From the NCBI GenBank assembly GCA_965226375.1, contig CBDDCX010000008.1, forward strand, positions 1,152,001-1,216,000: a stretch of 64,000 nucleotides of DNA. Direction: 5' to 3'. The first letter of the stretch is position 1. Each line of letters starts with the position of its first letter. The position numbers were made by a program, and so were the translations under genes. The notes beneath the pieces were generated by a model. It worked only from the letters and a program-made list of their open reading frames with translations. It had not been told where the DNA came from and did no database searches. Positions 38,426-48,693 of the stretch are shown here, piece by piece. This DNA is from Longimicrobiales bacterium. GTDB taxonomy: Bacteria; Gemmatimonadota; Gemmatimonadetes; Longimicrobiales; Gaopeijiaceae.

Positions 38426-40147
38426 ATGGATGCTGTCCGCAGATTCCTGGCAGAACTGCGTCGTAGGAAGGTCTATCGGGTGGGTGTCGTCTACGCGGCC
38501 GTGGCGTTCGTGGTATGGCAGGTGGCCGACATCGCTTTTCCTTCTCTCGGTCTCCCGGAAAGCGCGTTGGGGGCCGTGCTGGTCTTCACCGTCCTCGGCT
38601 TCCCGGTCGCGTTGGTGTTGGCCTGGGCGTACGAAGTGCGTCCCGAGGCGGCGGCGGGCGTTCCCACGAACCGCGAGACCACACCTGACACCGCAGCCCG
38701 GGCTGCATCCAGCGAAGCCGAGGCGTCCGCAGCCGTGTCCACGCAGTCGAACTCCGTCGCCATCCTTCCGTTCGAGAGCATGAGCCCCGGAGAGGAAGGT
38801 GAGTACTTGGCCGACGGTATCGCAGAAGAGATAACGAACGTTCTCGCCGGTCTCGCCGATCTCCACGTGGCCGCTCGGACCTCTGCATTTTCGTTCAAGG
38901 GGCAGCAAGCTGACATTCGCGAAATTGCCCAGCAGCTGAATGTGTCGTACTTGGTGGAAGGAAGTGTGCGAAGGGCTGGCGATGCACTTCGTATCACGGC
39001 TCAACTCATTGATACGTCCACGGGATATCACATCTGGTCGGAGCGATTCGACCGAGCCATGGGCGACGTGTTCGAGATTCAGGATGAGATCGCCGCCGCC
39101 GTGGCGCAGCGCCTTTCCGAGCACGTGGGAGCTACGGGGAGCTCACCCCGCCCCGTGGCCCGGACCAATGCCCTGCCGGCATACGAATTGTATCTGCAGG
39201 GACGGCAACTCATGGCCGGCTTCGCCGATACCGACATCGTCGCAGCCGAGGCTCGGTTCGAAGCGTGCATCGCTTTGGATCCAGACTTTGCGGCGGCTCA
39301 CGCGGGCCTGGCGGAAGCGCTCACCCTTCAGTCCATCGGATTCCACCTCAAGCCCGAAAAGCAGACCATGCCTCGGGCTCGCGAGGAAGCGGATCGGGCC
39401 TTGGAACTCGCTGAGAACCTCCCGGAGGCCCACCTGGCACGGGCGCTGGTCGCCATGTTCTACGAATGGGACCACAAGACGGCCAAGGCGGAGTTCGACC
39501 GTGCGGAGACACTCGGCCCCAACGTGGCGCGGGTCCATATGTGGAGAGAGTTCTACTTCACCTATGTGGAGCATGACTACGACTCGGCCCTGGCTGAGAA
39601 CAAACGCGCTCAGGAGCTGAACCCCATGGATTCGGCTCCACCGGTGCGGGAGGCTACGGTCCGTTATCTGTTCCAAGACTTTGCCGACGCCGAGGCTCTA
39701 TTCCGGGACATGCTCAGTGAGAAACCGGATCAGCCCATGCTGCACGCCGGCCTGGCTGACACGCTCGCTCGTGAGGGCAGAATCGACGAGGCGGTGACCG
39801 CCATGGAACGTGCGATGGAGTATGGGGGGCCCTTCGTGGTATTTCTCGGTATCATCGGTGGATTTTACGCGCTGCAGGGATCCATCGAGAAAGCGCACGA
39901 CGCCCTTCGCCAACTCGAAGACCACTCCTCTCGAGGGTACATATCGAGCTTCTGGATGGCCGTCGTCCAGGGCGGACTCGGTGACCTGGACGCGGCGTTC
40001 GCGTCCCTGGAGCAGGCAAAGGAGAATCGGGAGAGTAGCCTCATCTACTTGTTCTTCGTGCCTCGAGCCCTGGGTCTTCATGACGATCCCAGGTTCGCCG
40101 GAGTGCTGCGAGGGATCGGGCTGGCGCACCTGATTGCGTTGTTGTGA
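38426..40147 (+). CDS. TolB-N-like / TPR domain membrane protein
   Basis: ELRRRKVYR N-terminus, SVAILPF..ADGIAEEI..ARTSAF..VEGSVRR, TPRs, LHDDPRF. Confidence 0.85.
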   Translation: MDAVRRFLAELRRRKVYRVGVVYAAVAFVVWQVADIAFPSLGLPESALGAVLVFTVLGFPVALVLAWAYEVRPEAAAGVPTNRETTPDTAARAASSEAEASAAVSTQSNSVAILPFESMSPGEEGEYLADGIAEEITNVLAGLADLHVAARTSAFSFKGQQADIREIAQQLNVSYLVEGSVRRAGDALRITAQLIDTSTGYHIWSERFDRAMGDVFEIQDEIAAAVAQRLSEHVGATGSSPRPVARTNALPAYELYLQGRQLMAGFADTDIVAAEARFEACIALDPDFAAAHAGLAEALTLQSIGFHLKPEKQTMPRAREEADRALELAENLPEAHLARALVAMFYEWDHKTAKAEFDRAETLGPNVARVHMWREFYFTYVEHDYDSALAENKRAQELNPMDSAPPVREATVRYLFQDFADAEALFRDMLSEKPDQPMLHAGLADTLAREGRIDEAVTAMERAMEYGGPFVVFLGIIGGFYALQGSIEKAHDALRQLEDHSSRGYISSFWMAVVQGGLGDLDAAFASLEQAKENRESSLIYLFFVPRALGLHDDPRFAGVLRGIGLAHLIALL

Positions 40148-40172
40148 TCGACGGAAGCGAAGGGGTCCGACG

Positions 40173-40820
40173 GTGAGCCGCCTGTTCGTCGCCCTTCGAG
40201 CAACGCTCTACGCCAGCTGTTTCGTATTGTTGTGGACCTGGTTGGCAATCGTGGTGCGTCCTCTGGACGGCAGCCTCGGCGGACCCCTCCCAGCTTGGCT
40301 GCGCTTTGCGGGAGTCGGGTTAGTGCTCGCAGGTGGGCCCGTCTGCGTCTCGTGTATCGCGGTCTTCGTCTCCTCCGGGCGAGGCACGCCCGCCCCGTTT
40401 GACGCCCCCCGAGAGTTCGTCGCCGTCGGCCCCTACCGATGGATGCGGAATCCAATGTACCTAGGGGCGTTCGCCCTCCTCGGCGGTGTGGGCTTCGGAC
40501 TTAGGTCGCCTGCGATCGTGCTACTGTCGCTGGTTGCGCTCTGCCTCGCCCACGCGTTCGTGCTTCTCTACGAGGAGCCGACGCTCAGGCGTCGATTCGG
40601 AGGGGCGTATGAATCCTACACGGAAGAGGTGAACCGCTGGCTGCCGCGCGTTCGATGGCGAACCGACCTGCTAGGGCTGCGTTCAGGTCGGCTTTCTCAG
40701 ACGCGCGCCGATAAACCCACCGAGACACGCGGCCACAAGGCCGGAAGCGAGGAAGGGCAAGTCGTCCGTAAGGTAGGACGCGAATTCTCCAGAGGAGATC
40801 AAGCCGATCGTCACGAGTAG
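40173..40820 (+). CDS. Isoprenylcysteine carboxyl methyltransferase / PEMT family protein
   Basis: GRGTPAPFD.P, GPYRWMRNPMY, YEEPTL.RRFG..Y. Confidence 0.88.
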   Translation: MSRLFVALRATLYASCFVLLWTWLAIVVRPLDGSLGGPLPAWLRFAGVGLVLAGGPVCVSCIAVFVSSGRGTPAPFDAPREFVAVGPYRWMRNPMYLGAFALLGGVGFGLRSPAIVLLSLVALCLAHAFVLLYEEPTLRRRFGGAYESYTEEVNRWLPRVRWRTDLLGLRSGRLSQTRADKPTETRGHKAGSEEGQVVRKVGREFSRGDQADRHE

Positions 40821-40900
40821 CAAACCGGGGGCAACCACCCACAGCCCCCATCTCCAGGCACCACCGGCTCATCGGGGCCTCCTCTGAGATGGTGATCGTC

Positions 40901-40997
40901 GCCTAACGGCATTGGGATCCTGCCGTTTACTACAGTGTAGGTGTCGCAACTACCACACTGTAGTAATCGCACGGCCCGAAGTCAATGGTCGCGAGAT
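40901..40997 (-). other. Degenerate attC-like hairpin
   Basis: Long imperfect palindrome (ttactacagtgt/acactgtagtaa, gccgt/acggc, cattg/caatg) ending GTTAGGC on the - strand, followed by GAGGAGG and ATG at 40872. Confidence 0.45.
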
Positions 40998-41103
40998 GCT
41001 TTGTCGACGAAAGGCCGCTCCTCTACCGTGATCACGTCGCGCGAGCTAGACGGCTACCGCGACTACCTCACCATGCCCATGCGCTCGAGCTATGGCTTAG
41101 GCG

Positions 41104-41430
41104 CTACGGAGAGTTCGGGTTGGGCGCCATCGAAACGAGTACCACCAGCTGCACATTGCCGCGGTTTTCCACCCCGTGCGGCTCATCGGGCACGGACCAA
41201 GCGAGGCGGCCGGGTCCGAGGGTGCGCGTGGCATCCCCGATGGTGAAGGTGCCCTCGCCCTCGATCACGTAGTAGAACTTCGTGGCCCCGGCGTGTGCGT
41301 GCACCTTCTGTGCCTGGCCTGGTTCGAGGCAGTACACATCACAAAACATCTGCGGCGTCGCGAACAGGTTCACTTTCTGCATCTTATCCGCCGCGAAGCG
41401 ACGGAAAGCGCTCGTGTCCAGGAATCCCAT
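41104..41430 (-). CDS. Cupin domain protein
   Basis: PGQ..HAH, YVIEGEG, PHGVEN. Confidence 0.9.
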   Translation of the reverse strand: MGFLDTSAFRRFAADKMQKVNLFATPQMFCDVYCLEPGQAQKVHAHAGATKFYYVIEGEGTFTIGDATRTLGPGRLAWSVPDEPHGVENRGNVQLVVLVSMAPNPNSP

Positions 41431-41589
41431 GCGTGGAGTGTAGCGTCAAGAGGAAGCCGTCGCACGGATCGGGGCCCGGTGGAGGCACCGCCATGACGAC
41501 GTCAAACGCCGCCCCGGACCGACGAGTCGCCTAGCCGCCCGGCCGTATCCACAGCGCCAGCGGCAAACGCTTGTCACACGGCATGATCA

Positions 41590-41910
41590 CTAGTGGATCT
41601 GAACATCACTGACGTACCGCCCGTTGCTGAAATCAGTGAAGTAGCGCTCAACCAGGGGGTGTTCAACGGGGAGGCCAGTGTGATCCGGTTCGAGGTTTCG
41701 TTCGGCTACATACGTTTGATGTTGGGCTCTGTGTGGCAAGACGTGATACCAAGGACGGTGCTTGGGTGGCCTCGAACGGGCCACGGCTTCGTACCATTCC
41801 TCGGTTCCTCGAAACTGGGTATCGACATCGACGATCACGCCTCGGTATTCGAACAGTTTATGTTGCACCACGTCACCAACTGAAAAGCGTGCACTCGGCA
41901 TCATTATCAT
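41590..41910 (-). CDS. hspQ: Heat shock protein HspQ (YccV-like)
   Basis: FSVGDVVQHKLFEYRGVIVDVD, PWYHVL, TYVAERNL. Confidence 0.92.
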   Translation of the reverse strand: MIMMPSARFSVGDVVQHKLFEYRGVIVDVDTQFRGTEEWYEAVARSRPPKHRPWYHVLPHRAQHQTYVAERNLEPDHTGLPVEHPLVERYFTDFSNGRYVSDVQIH

Positions 41911-42770
41911 TGATTCCTGGCCGATCCCGATAGGCGACTGCTGACGACTTCGCGATTCTGCTGCCGCTCCAAGATGAGGATCTGAAGCGAAGAGCGCGAA
42001 CCTGCGCGTCCATTAGCCCAAAGAGCTGCCCCTCGGCAAGGCCCGAGGCGAGCGGACTCTATCGGCCGTCTAGTCGATTGGGACCGGCGAAGGGGGAAAC
42101 GCGAAAGCGCGGACGCCACCGCCGGCCACGTTTCTGTGGTCGGATCGGCAGGTCCGCGCCTGGTAGCTCGGGTAGCTGCTTTACGCTCGGGCATGTCTCC
42201 GTTGAGGCTCAGCCTTCACGCCTTCGGGGCCGTCCCTGTCTCTGTCGTCGGATTCCACCGCGTTCGGTGGGCGGAAGCCCCGTGTCGGGGTGCCTTCTAC
42301 GGGTCAGAAGAGGCCCCCACAGGGTGCCATCGGCCCGGAATCGCACGAACTCGTTCATGGCGACGTGCGTGGAGTAAGGCCAACGCGATGCCGTGCGGTG
42401 CCAACCAGGGTGAGGTGCAGGGTTTCCTTGCCTGAGATTAGAGCGTTGGCAGCGACCGCCAGCACACCGTCATTGGCCCCAAAACCAGCAAGCCTAAAGA
42501 CAGCAAGACTCTAAGAGACTCGACAGCCGGCTAATGGCCTTCGTCGTATCTCCCTCAATTTGGCGGCTGCTCTGCAGGGGCGTTAGAGTGGTCCGTCCCT
42601 CCCTACTGTTCACACTAAATCAGGCTCCGTTCGATCATGATCATTGTCTCGGTAACTGCAACTGAGGGAGGTTTATCGGTGACGCCGCGCTTTGTGGATG
42701 CAGGAGAGGATCTGAACCACAAGGCGCATGCGGAACCTGTCAACGACAATGGGACACTCTACGGGATTAA

Positions 42771-43778
42771 TTAGAGAGCAATGTCCTGTGTGGTGAGGGA
42801 AGGGATGGGAGGATTGATGAAGACGGCCTCCGGGAGCGGTTTGGGATTCGGCACACCTCTGACGAAGCGTTCGGGATGAGCGGCCCATGCTTCGCGGAGC
42901 ACGGATTTCCTGCCGGCAATGACCTGATCGGCGTTCCCGAAGTGGACCTGCTCGGGGGTTAGCATCGAGATGCCGCCATGGCGGTGCTCGGCATTGTACC
43001 AGCGGAAGAACGATCGACAGAACGTCTTGGCTTGGCCCTGATCCCCGAACCGTCCGGGAAACGAGGGATGGTACTTCAAGGTTTTGAACTGAGCCTCGGA
43101 AAACGGGTTGTCATCCGACACCTGAGGCCGGCTCAACGAGCGGGTCACGCCGAGGTCAGCGAGAAGTTGAGCGGTGCATTGGCTCGTCATTGGAGCTCCC
43201 CGATCCGAGTGCAGGGTCAGGACCCGGGGCTGGACGCCATGCTTCAGGCAACTCTGCTGGATCAGGAGCCCGGCCAAGGCCGAGCTCTCCCGATCCGCCA
43301 CCATCCATCCCACGATGTAGCGGCTGTAGATGTCCATGATGACGTAGAGGTAGTAATAGCTCCACTTCTTCGGCCCGAGCAGCCGCGTGATATCCCAGGA
43401 CCACACCTGGTTCGGCGCCGTGGCCATCAACTCGGGCTTCTTGTACTCGGGATGGGTGCGCTGCGCCCGGCGTTCCTGAACCGGCACCTCGGAGGCCAGA
43501 ACACGATACATCGTGCGTTCGCTGCACAGGTAGACCTCTTCGTCGAGCAGCGTGGCCACCACCTCGGCGGGTGAGCGGTCCACGAACCGCTCCGAACACA
43601 GCGTGTCGAAGACCTCGCCTCGTTCCGTCTCGCTCAATGCCCGGGCGGGCGTCGGGCGGGGCTGCTGTTGCCCGGTTGATGGGCCTCGACGACGGTACAA
43701 CGTCGATCGGGAGACCTCGAGGGCCGCGCACGCCGGTTTTACACCGACGTGCTTAGCCAGCTCATCGGCCGCCTTCAA
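42771..43778 (-). CDS. IS3-like DDE transposase OrfB
   Basis: Same DDE motifs as copy 1. Confidence 0.93.
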   Translation of the reverse strand: MKAADELAKHVGVKPACAALEVSRSTLYRRRGPSTGQQQPRPTPARALSETERGEVFDTLCSERFVDRSPAEVVATLLDEEVYLCSERTMYRVLASEVPVQERRAQRTHPEYKKPELMATAPNQVWSWDITRLLGPKKWSYYYLYVIMDIYSRYIVGWMVADRESSALAGLLIQQSCLKHGVQPRVLTLHSDRGAPMTSQCTAQLLADLGVTRSLSRPQVSDDNPFSEAQFKTLKYHPSFPGRFGDQGQAKTFCRSFFRWYNAEHRHGGISMLTPEQVHFGNADQVIAGRKSVLREAWAAHPERFVRGVPNPKPLPEAVFINPPIPSLTTQDIAL

Positions 43779-44224
43779 GAGTTTGTCCCGTCGTCGAGGC
43801 TTATCCCCAGCAGCCCCGCAACTTTTCCCTGCACGTCGATGATCAGGTGTGCCTTCCTGAGCTCATTCCCGAGCCGTGCGTTTCGCCGCTCCAGCTTGCG
43901 TACCTTCTCATCCAGCGGATTTCGCTCCGGCTTGCGGCCGCGTTTCTTCGACAGGGCCTTCAGCGACCCGCTATGCGCCGCCTTGCGCCACGTCGTCAGG
44001 TGCGACGAGTACAGGCCCTCTCGCCGCAGGACTTGACCCACCTCGCCGGGCTCGGTGCACCGGTCCGCTTCTTCGACGATCCGCAGCTTGTACGACGGAC
44101 TGAACCGCCGCCGTAGCGGCCTATCTACTACCTCCGGGTCCGCAGGAGCTGCCGCGCTTCGCTTGGCCTCCCCGGTTCCAGGGGCACTACCATTCTCTGC
44201 CATTCTCTCTCGCAGTCCCAACAT
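43775..44224 (-). CDS. IS3-like transposase OrfA (HTH)
   Basis: RRRFSPSYKLRIV..LRREGLYSSHLTTWR plus coiled coil. Confidence 0.92.
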   Translation of the reverse strand: MLGLRERMAENGSAPGTGEAKRSAAAPADPEVVDRPLRRRFSPSYKLRIVEEADRCTEPGEVGQVLRREGLYSSHLTTWRKAAHSGSLKALSKKRGRKPERNPLDEKVRKLERRNARLGNELRKAHLIIDVQGKVAGLLGISLDDGTNS

Positions 44225-44448
44225 GTTCGTTTTCTCTGCCTTCGCCCTACTCTAATTCTTTGCGTGCTCCGTGTCTCACGTACGTTGGCAGAGAGGGATG
44301 TTCTTCGGGTGGGTTTCTCATACCTTGGCGTACCGTTCACTGAGTGGGAACGTCACGCGGGGGAAACCGTGCAGGTGTCCGAGAACCAGAGACTATTGCC
44401 AGTCGCGAGTGTGCGGGTGTCAACGGCCATCGAAAGCTGCACAGGTCT

Positions 44449-45785
44449 TGGAGTGAACCCCTGAGGGTGGACAACGAGAGTTGGTCGGATTGACCAGTCA
44501 GTGGCTTCAAGCTGCATGAATGCCCTCGAATTCCTCAGGCGGCATGTAGCCGAGCGAGGAGTGCAAGCGTCTTCGATTGTACACCTCCTCAAGGAAGTGG
44601 GGGAGTCGGTTGGCTACGTCATCAATCGTGCTGTAGTTGTTTGCCAAGATCTCCTCGTGCTTCAGGGTTTTGAAGAAGCCTCAACATGTGGGTTGTCGTA
44701 CGGATTACCCCGCCGGACATCGATCCTCGGACACCGTGCTTGGCGAGACGTGAACGGTACGCTTGGGATGCGTACTGGACGCCGCGATCGGAGTGGTGGA
44801 CGAGGCCAGACCGCGGCTGCCGAAGTTCGAGTGCGGCATCGAGTGCGGCCAGGCAAAGACGCGCGTCCAGGAGATGGCTGATGGCGTAGCCAATGACACG
44901 CCGCGACCACACGTCGAGCTTTCCGACAGCTAGGAAAACAAAGCCGGTCGTGAGCCGGATGTACGTCAGATCGGCCACCCAGAGCTCGTCAGGCCCCTCG
45001 GGCGTAATCCGAGGGCCTCAGGTTCGGGTAGACGCGCTGCTTGTGATCAGCACCTGTTCGTCGAGCAAGCCATGCGCGCACTCCGCGGCGGGGCGTAAGC
45101 GCGTGTTCACGCATGACCCGAGCGACCTCGCTTGTGATTGACTACCAGGCCGCGTCTCCGGAGCTCGTGCGTAACCCGTCGATATCCGTAGGCGGGTAGA
45201 ACTCGGCGAGGATGTCTTCGATCCGCACGCGCAGGTCTGCGTCCGTTCTCTCCCGAGCTCGGTCCCGCAGGCCGCTTTTTTCCGGTCGCTTGTAGAAGGT
45301 ACTCCTCGCAAGCTCCAGTTCATGAGGCTGCAGCTTCGCCTCGTCCAGGGACACTCCCTGGTCCAGGAGATGATCGACGACCGCGGCGCTTTTCTGCTGA
45401 CGGGTCTCAGACACCCTTTTTTTCATGGCGTCGAGTTCCATCGTCAACTGACCTGTACAATCTTGCGCTCGAGGTGCCGCGATCTTGGCCTGGTCCTCGA
45501 CAACTTGCTCCTGCAGGTGGATCTCCTCCGTAAGTTCGCCTTCCCCGTACGGCTTCTTGACCCAGATCATGAGCAGGGAGTGAGGCACACCGTGTCGAGT
45601 AGCGATCGCCCTGGCACTGCCTTCTCCATCCAAGTACGCCTGGACCAGCTGGATCTTGCGAACTCCGTGCTCACCTACGTGTGGCGTCGAACCGTTCTGA
45701 TGGGAACCTCCCGAGTGATTACCGGCAAGGTCCAATCCATCGCCCCCTCTGTGTCCGACTGTCGTGTCAACGGCCATCACTGCCA
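44449..45785 (-). mobile_element. Degraded IS3-family element (multiple frameshifts) inserted in the IS21 right end
   Basis: Fragments WVADLTYI, HHSDRGVQY, GNPYDN; TG..CA ends; TCT duplication (44446-48, 45786-88). Confidence 0.8.
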
Positions 45786-45828
45786 TCTGGCCATCGAAAA
45801 TTGCACACTTGGCGGAGGTGACGAGCCT

Positions 45829-46671
45829 CTAGTTCGTCGTTTTCTCCTTTGCTCTTGCTCTCTTTCTCTTCGGGGGTGAAGGGCTCGACTCCGCAGGAGG
45901 CGAGTGTAGGATCTTGGAGAGGTCGGTGTGCTTGCGCATCCGGTAGCTGCTGCCGCGGATGTTGACGATATGGCAGTGATGCAGCAGGCGATCGATGAGC
46001 GCAGCGGCCATGACCTCGTCGCCCAAGATCTGGCCCCACTCCTCGAAGCCTTTATTGGAGGTCAGCACAGTGGATGCGCGCTCATAGCGCCGGTTGATGA
46101 GTTGGAAGAAGAGCATGGCGCCGGTCTGGCTGACCGGCAGGTAGCCGATCTCGTCGATGACCGGGAGCGAAGGATAGGTGAGGATCTTGAGGCGGCGTCC
46201 CAGCTGGCCGGTGGTCTTGGCTTCTTCGAGCGAGGTGATGAGGTCGGCCAGAGCGCCGTAGTAGACTCTGCGCCCGCTCTGAGCCGCGGCAATGGCGAGG
46301 CTGATCGCGAGATGCGTCTTGCCGACGCCCGGCGGGCCGAGGAAGATCACGTTCTCCTTACGCTCCAAGAAGCCGAGCTCGTGGAGCGAGTCGATCTGCT
46401 CGCGCTTGATCGAGGGCTGGAAGCTGAAGTCGAAGTCGTCGAGGGTCTTGATGCCCGGTAGCCGGCTCGAGCGCATCGCAGCCTGAAGGCGGCGGTTGTT
46501 GCGCAGCGTGATCTGGGCACCGAGGAGTTGCTCGATGGCCTCCGAGGCCGTCACGCCTCCGCCATCGACCCCGGTGAGGACGTCGTCGATGGCCTCCAGC
46601 GCACCGGGCATCTTGAGATCGGCGAGCTGGGCTCGGATCCGGTCACGGCGAGAGCGAGCGGCAGCCTTCAT
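45829..46671 (-). CDS. istB: IS21 helper ATPase
   Basis: KTLDDFDF, GPPGVGKTH, IDEIGY, LTSN, LIDRLLHH, GSSYR. Confidence 0.95.
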   Translation of the reverse strand: MKAAARSRRDRIRAQLADLKMPGALEAIDDVLTGVDGGGVTASEAIEQLLGAQITLRNNRRLQAAMRSSRLPGIKTLDDFDFSFQPSIKREQIDSLHELGFLERKENVIFLGPPGVGKTHLAISLAIAAAQSGRRVYYGALADLITSLEEAKTTGQLGRRLKILTYPSLPVIDEIGYLPVSQTGAMLFFQLINRRYERASTVLTSNKGFEEWGQILGDEVMAAALIDRLLHHCHIVNIRGSSYRMRKHTDLSKILHSPPAESSPSPPKRKRARAKEKTTN

Positions 46672-47696
46672 CGGTCCCCTCCCGCGATCTGGGCATAGGC
46701 CGTGAGGGGACGTCGCTCGACGTGGATGGCCGGCAAGGACGTCGTGCCGGGTGAGGAGCGATCCGGAGGCAGGACGAGGGGGTGATACGGGCGAGTCGCC
46801 AAGGGCTCGAGGAGCAGTCGTTCACGCTCGAAGCGATCGAGGGGCCGCTCCTTCAGCGTTGCGTGGCTGCGCACATTGGCTTCCGTCTCAAGCCAATGAA
46901 GGGCCTGCGCGTTGAGATCGTCGTCCGACGTGAAGGTGCGCCCGTAGAAGAAGCTCTCCCTGAGGTAGCGGATCGGCCGCTCCACCTTGCCCTTGGTCTG
47001 AGCCCGCTAGGGTCGGCACGCTCGGATCCTGAAGTTCCAGTGGTAGGCGTAGCGCATGAACTCCGGGTTCTCGACGAGGGCACCATCGTCGTATCGACCG
47101 TCCTCGATGACGACCGCCTTCATTTGGTCGAACAGAAGCTCACGGGGCACGCCGCCGAAGTAGGAAAACGAAGACTCCAGGCCATGCATCAGGGCCTTCA
47201 TGGTCTGCCGGGTGTAGAACTGAACCCACAGCAGCCTCGAGTAGCCCAGCACGACGATTAGTGCGTAACGCTTGCCCCACGGTAGCCGGAAGTGGGCGAA
47301 GTCCACCTGGCCCTGACGCCCAGGCGCCGTCTCGAAGCGCACGACCGGCTCCTCTGGGGGTCGAGGCCGGACCTTGCGTACATAGCGTTTCACTTGGTTG
47401 TAACTGCCCGGGTAGCCAGCGGCCCGGACCTCCTTGAAGAGCCGTACAGCCGTGAGCTTCGGGTACTCCTTGAGACGCGTGTCGATCAACGGCTTGTACG
47501 GATCCAGCTTCGACGGCATCAGACATCTCGGACCGTACCCGACACGCTCTTCGTCCAACTCCCGGTCCAGTTGACCGGTCTCTATCCAGTGGTACACGGT
47601 ACGGCGACTGACCCCCAGATCCCGGGCGATCACCGCCTTGTTCATCCCCTGCTCGAGGTAATGACGGAGCAGCACGCGCTTCTCCCTTCCGATCAT
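46668..47696 (-). pseudogene. istA: IS21 transposase with internal nonsense codon
   Basis: RFETAPG.QGQVDF, LFDQMK; ACRP*RAQTKGKVER with TAG at 47007-09 where Tyr is usual. Confidence 0.92.
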
Positions 47697-48015
47697 TGCA
47701 CCTCCACGTTCGCGGTGGAGGCGCCAAGTGAGTGGATCGGCCGGAAGATCGCTCGGGGTGGTGCCTACATCCCCACTCTCCCGCCCGCTAGGTCAAAGCG
47801 CCAAGTGTGCAATTTTCGATGGCCACATGTGTGCAATATTGGAAGGCCGCTAACAGTGCGGGGAGCATTCGCCAACAGCTCTGGGGCAGAGAGAGGTGGT
47901 GAGCCTGGCCCTCGACCCGCCCAACTCGAAGACGCCAAGCCCATCACGAGAGGTCGGTCGGCTCCCCACTGATGCACATGGCCTGGGGATGGGATGTTGA
48001 CCTCGGCGTGCGCCG

Positions 48016-48072
48016 ATGTCCGACTCCGTCACTCGCCTGAGCGCAGCCCTCGAAGGCCGCTACACCGTTGAG
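48016..48072 (+). pseudogene. 5' fragment of a Ser/Thr kinase gene
   Basis: MSDSVTRLSAALEGRYTVE matches the start of the kinase at 53845. Confidence 0.8.
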
Positions 48073-48296
48073 GGACGTATCCGTCCCACGTGGAACACCA
48101 CGACTTCGGGACCTCTACCGTCGAGTCCACCTTTCAGGATCGTCGTCTCAATGCTCCGCATCGACTTGCGGGCCTCTCGGTCCAGGGTGTGCCGTGCCCA
48201 CGCGGACAACGACTCGCCCTCGATCTGTGCTGCCACCTCGAGTCGCTTCTTCATCACCGGAGACACGAGGAACCGTAGCCGCTCCGTGCGTGCCAT
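48060..48296 (-). CDS. Ribbon-helix-helix protein (DUF1778-like)
   Basis: RTERLRFLV....KKRLEVAAQIEGESLSAWAR. Confidence 0.65.
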   Translation of the reverse strand: MARTERLRFLVSPVMKKRLEVAAQIEGESLSAWARHTLDREARKSMRSIETTILKGGLDGRGPEVVVFHVGRIRPSTV

Positions 48297-48297
48297 C

Positions 48298-48693
48298 TCA
48301 GTTCCACCCCGGGTCGGCGTCGGTGTCATCGTCGTCGGCTTCGTCCTGCTTCCGGCGAAAGTCGGCCTCCGCGAGGTATTCGGGGAACGTGGACATCAGC
48401 CACTCTTCGACGCGATAGCCCATCCCCTCGATCCATTCGACCGCTTGCAGGTCACCGTACTTCTCTGCGAGTGCAGACAGGCGACCGAGGTGCTTCGGGA
48501 TCTCGCGTAGGGTGCGTAGGTCGAAACCACGCAGATCTTCGGTGCTCCAGTCTTCGGGTCCCTCGCCGTGAGCGGAGTGCCAGAAATCGGCGATCTCGGT
48601 GGGCAGGTCGTCGCTGGCCTCGTACATCTTGGCCACCCGCTGGAAGAAGTCCTTTGCCAGCGGGGGGAGTGGGTGCGGTAGTGCTGTCGTCAT
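48298..48693 (-). CDS. Hypothetical acidic protein
   Basis: RBS GAGGGAG; adjacent to and co-oriented with the RHH gene. Confidence 0.55.
   Translation of the reverse strand: MTTALPHPLPPLAKDFFQRVAKMYEASDDLPTEIADFWHSAHGEGPEDWSTEDLRGFDLRTLREIPKHLGRLSALAEKYGDLQAVEWIEGMGYRVEEWLMSTFPEYLAEADFRRKQDEADDDDTDADPGWN

Larger units (their letters stand above)
42731..44297 (-). mobile_element. IS3-like insertion sequence, copy 2 (intact)
   Basis: Flanked by ATG (42728-30, 44298-300); subterminal IRs TGCCAACGTACGTGAGACAC / TGTCAACGACAATGGGACAC. Confidence 0.92.
44418..47855 (-). mobile_element. IS21-family element with a nested IS3
   Basis: Ends TGTCAACGGCCATCGAA and TGTTAGCGGCC with repeated GGCCATCGAAAATTGCACAC; 7-bp duplication GTGCGGG (44411-17, 47856-62). 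Confidence 0.9.

Noticed and set aside
47007..47009. In-frame TAG in istA (and at 57625) as pyrrolysine or recoding
   Set aside because: One base from the usual Tyr codon; TAG ends intact genes in this window; no pyl genes seen
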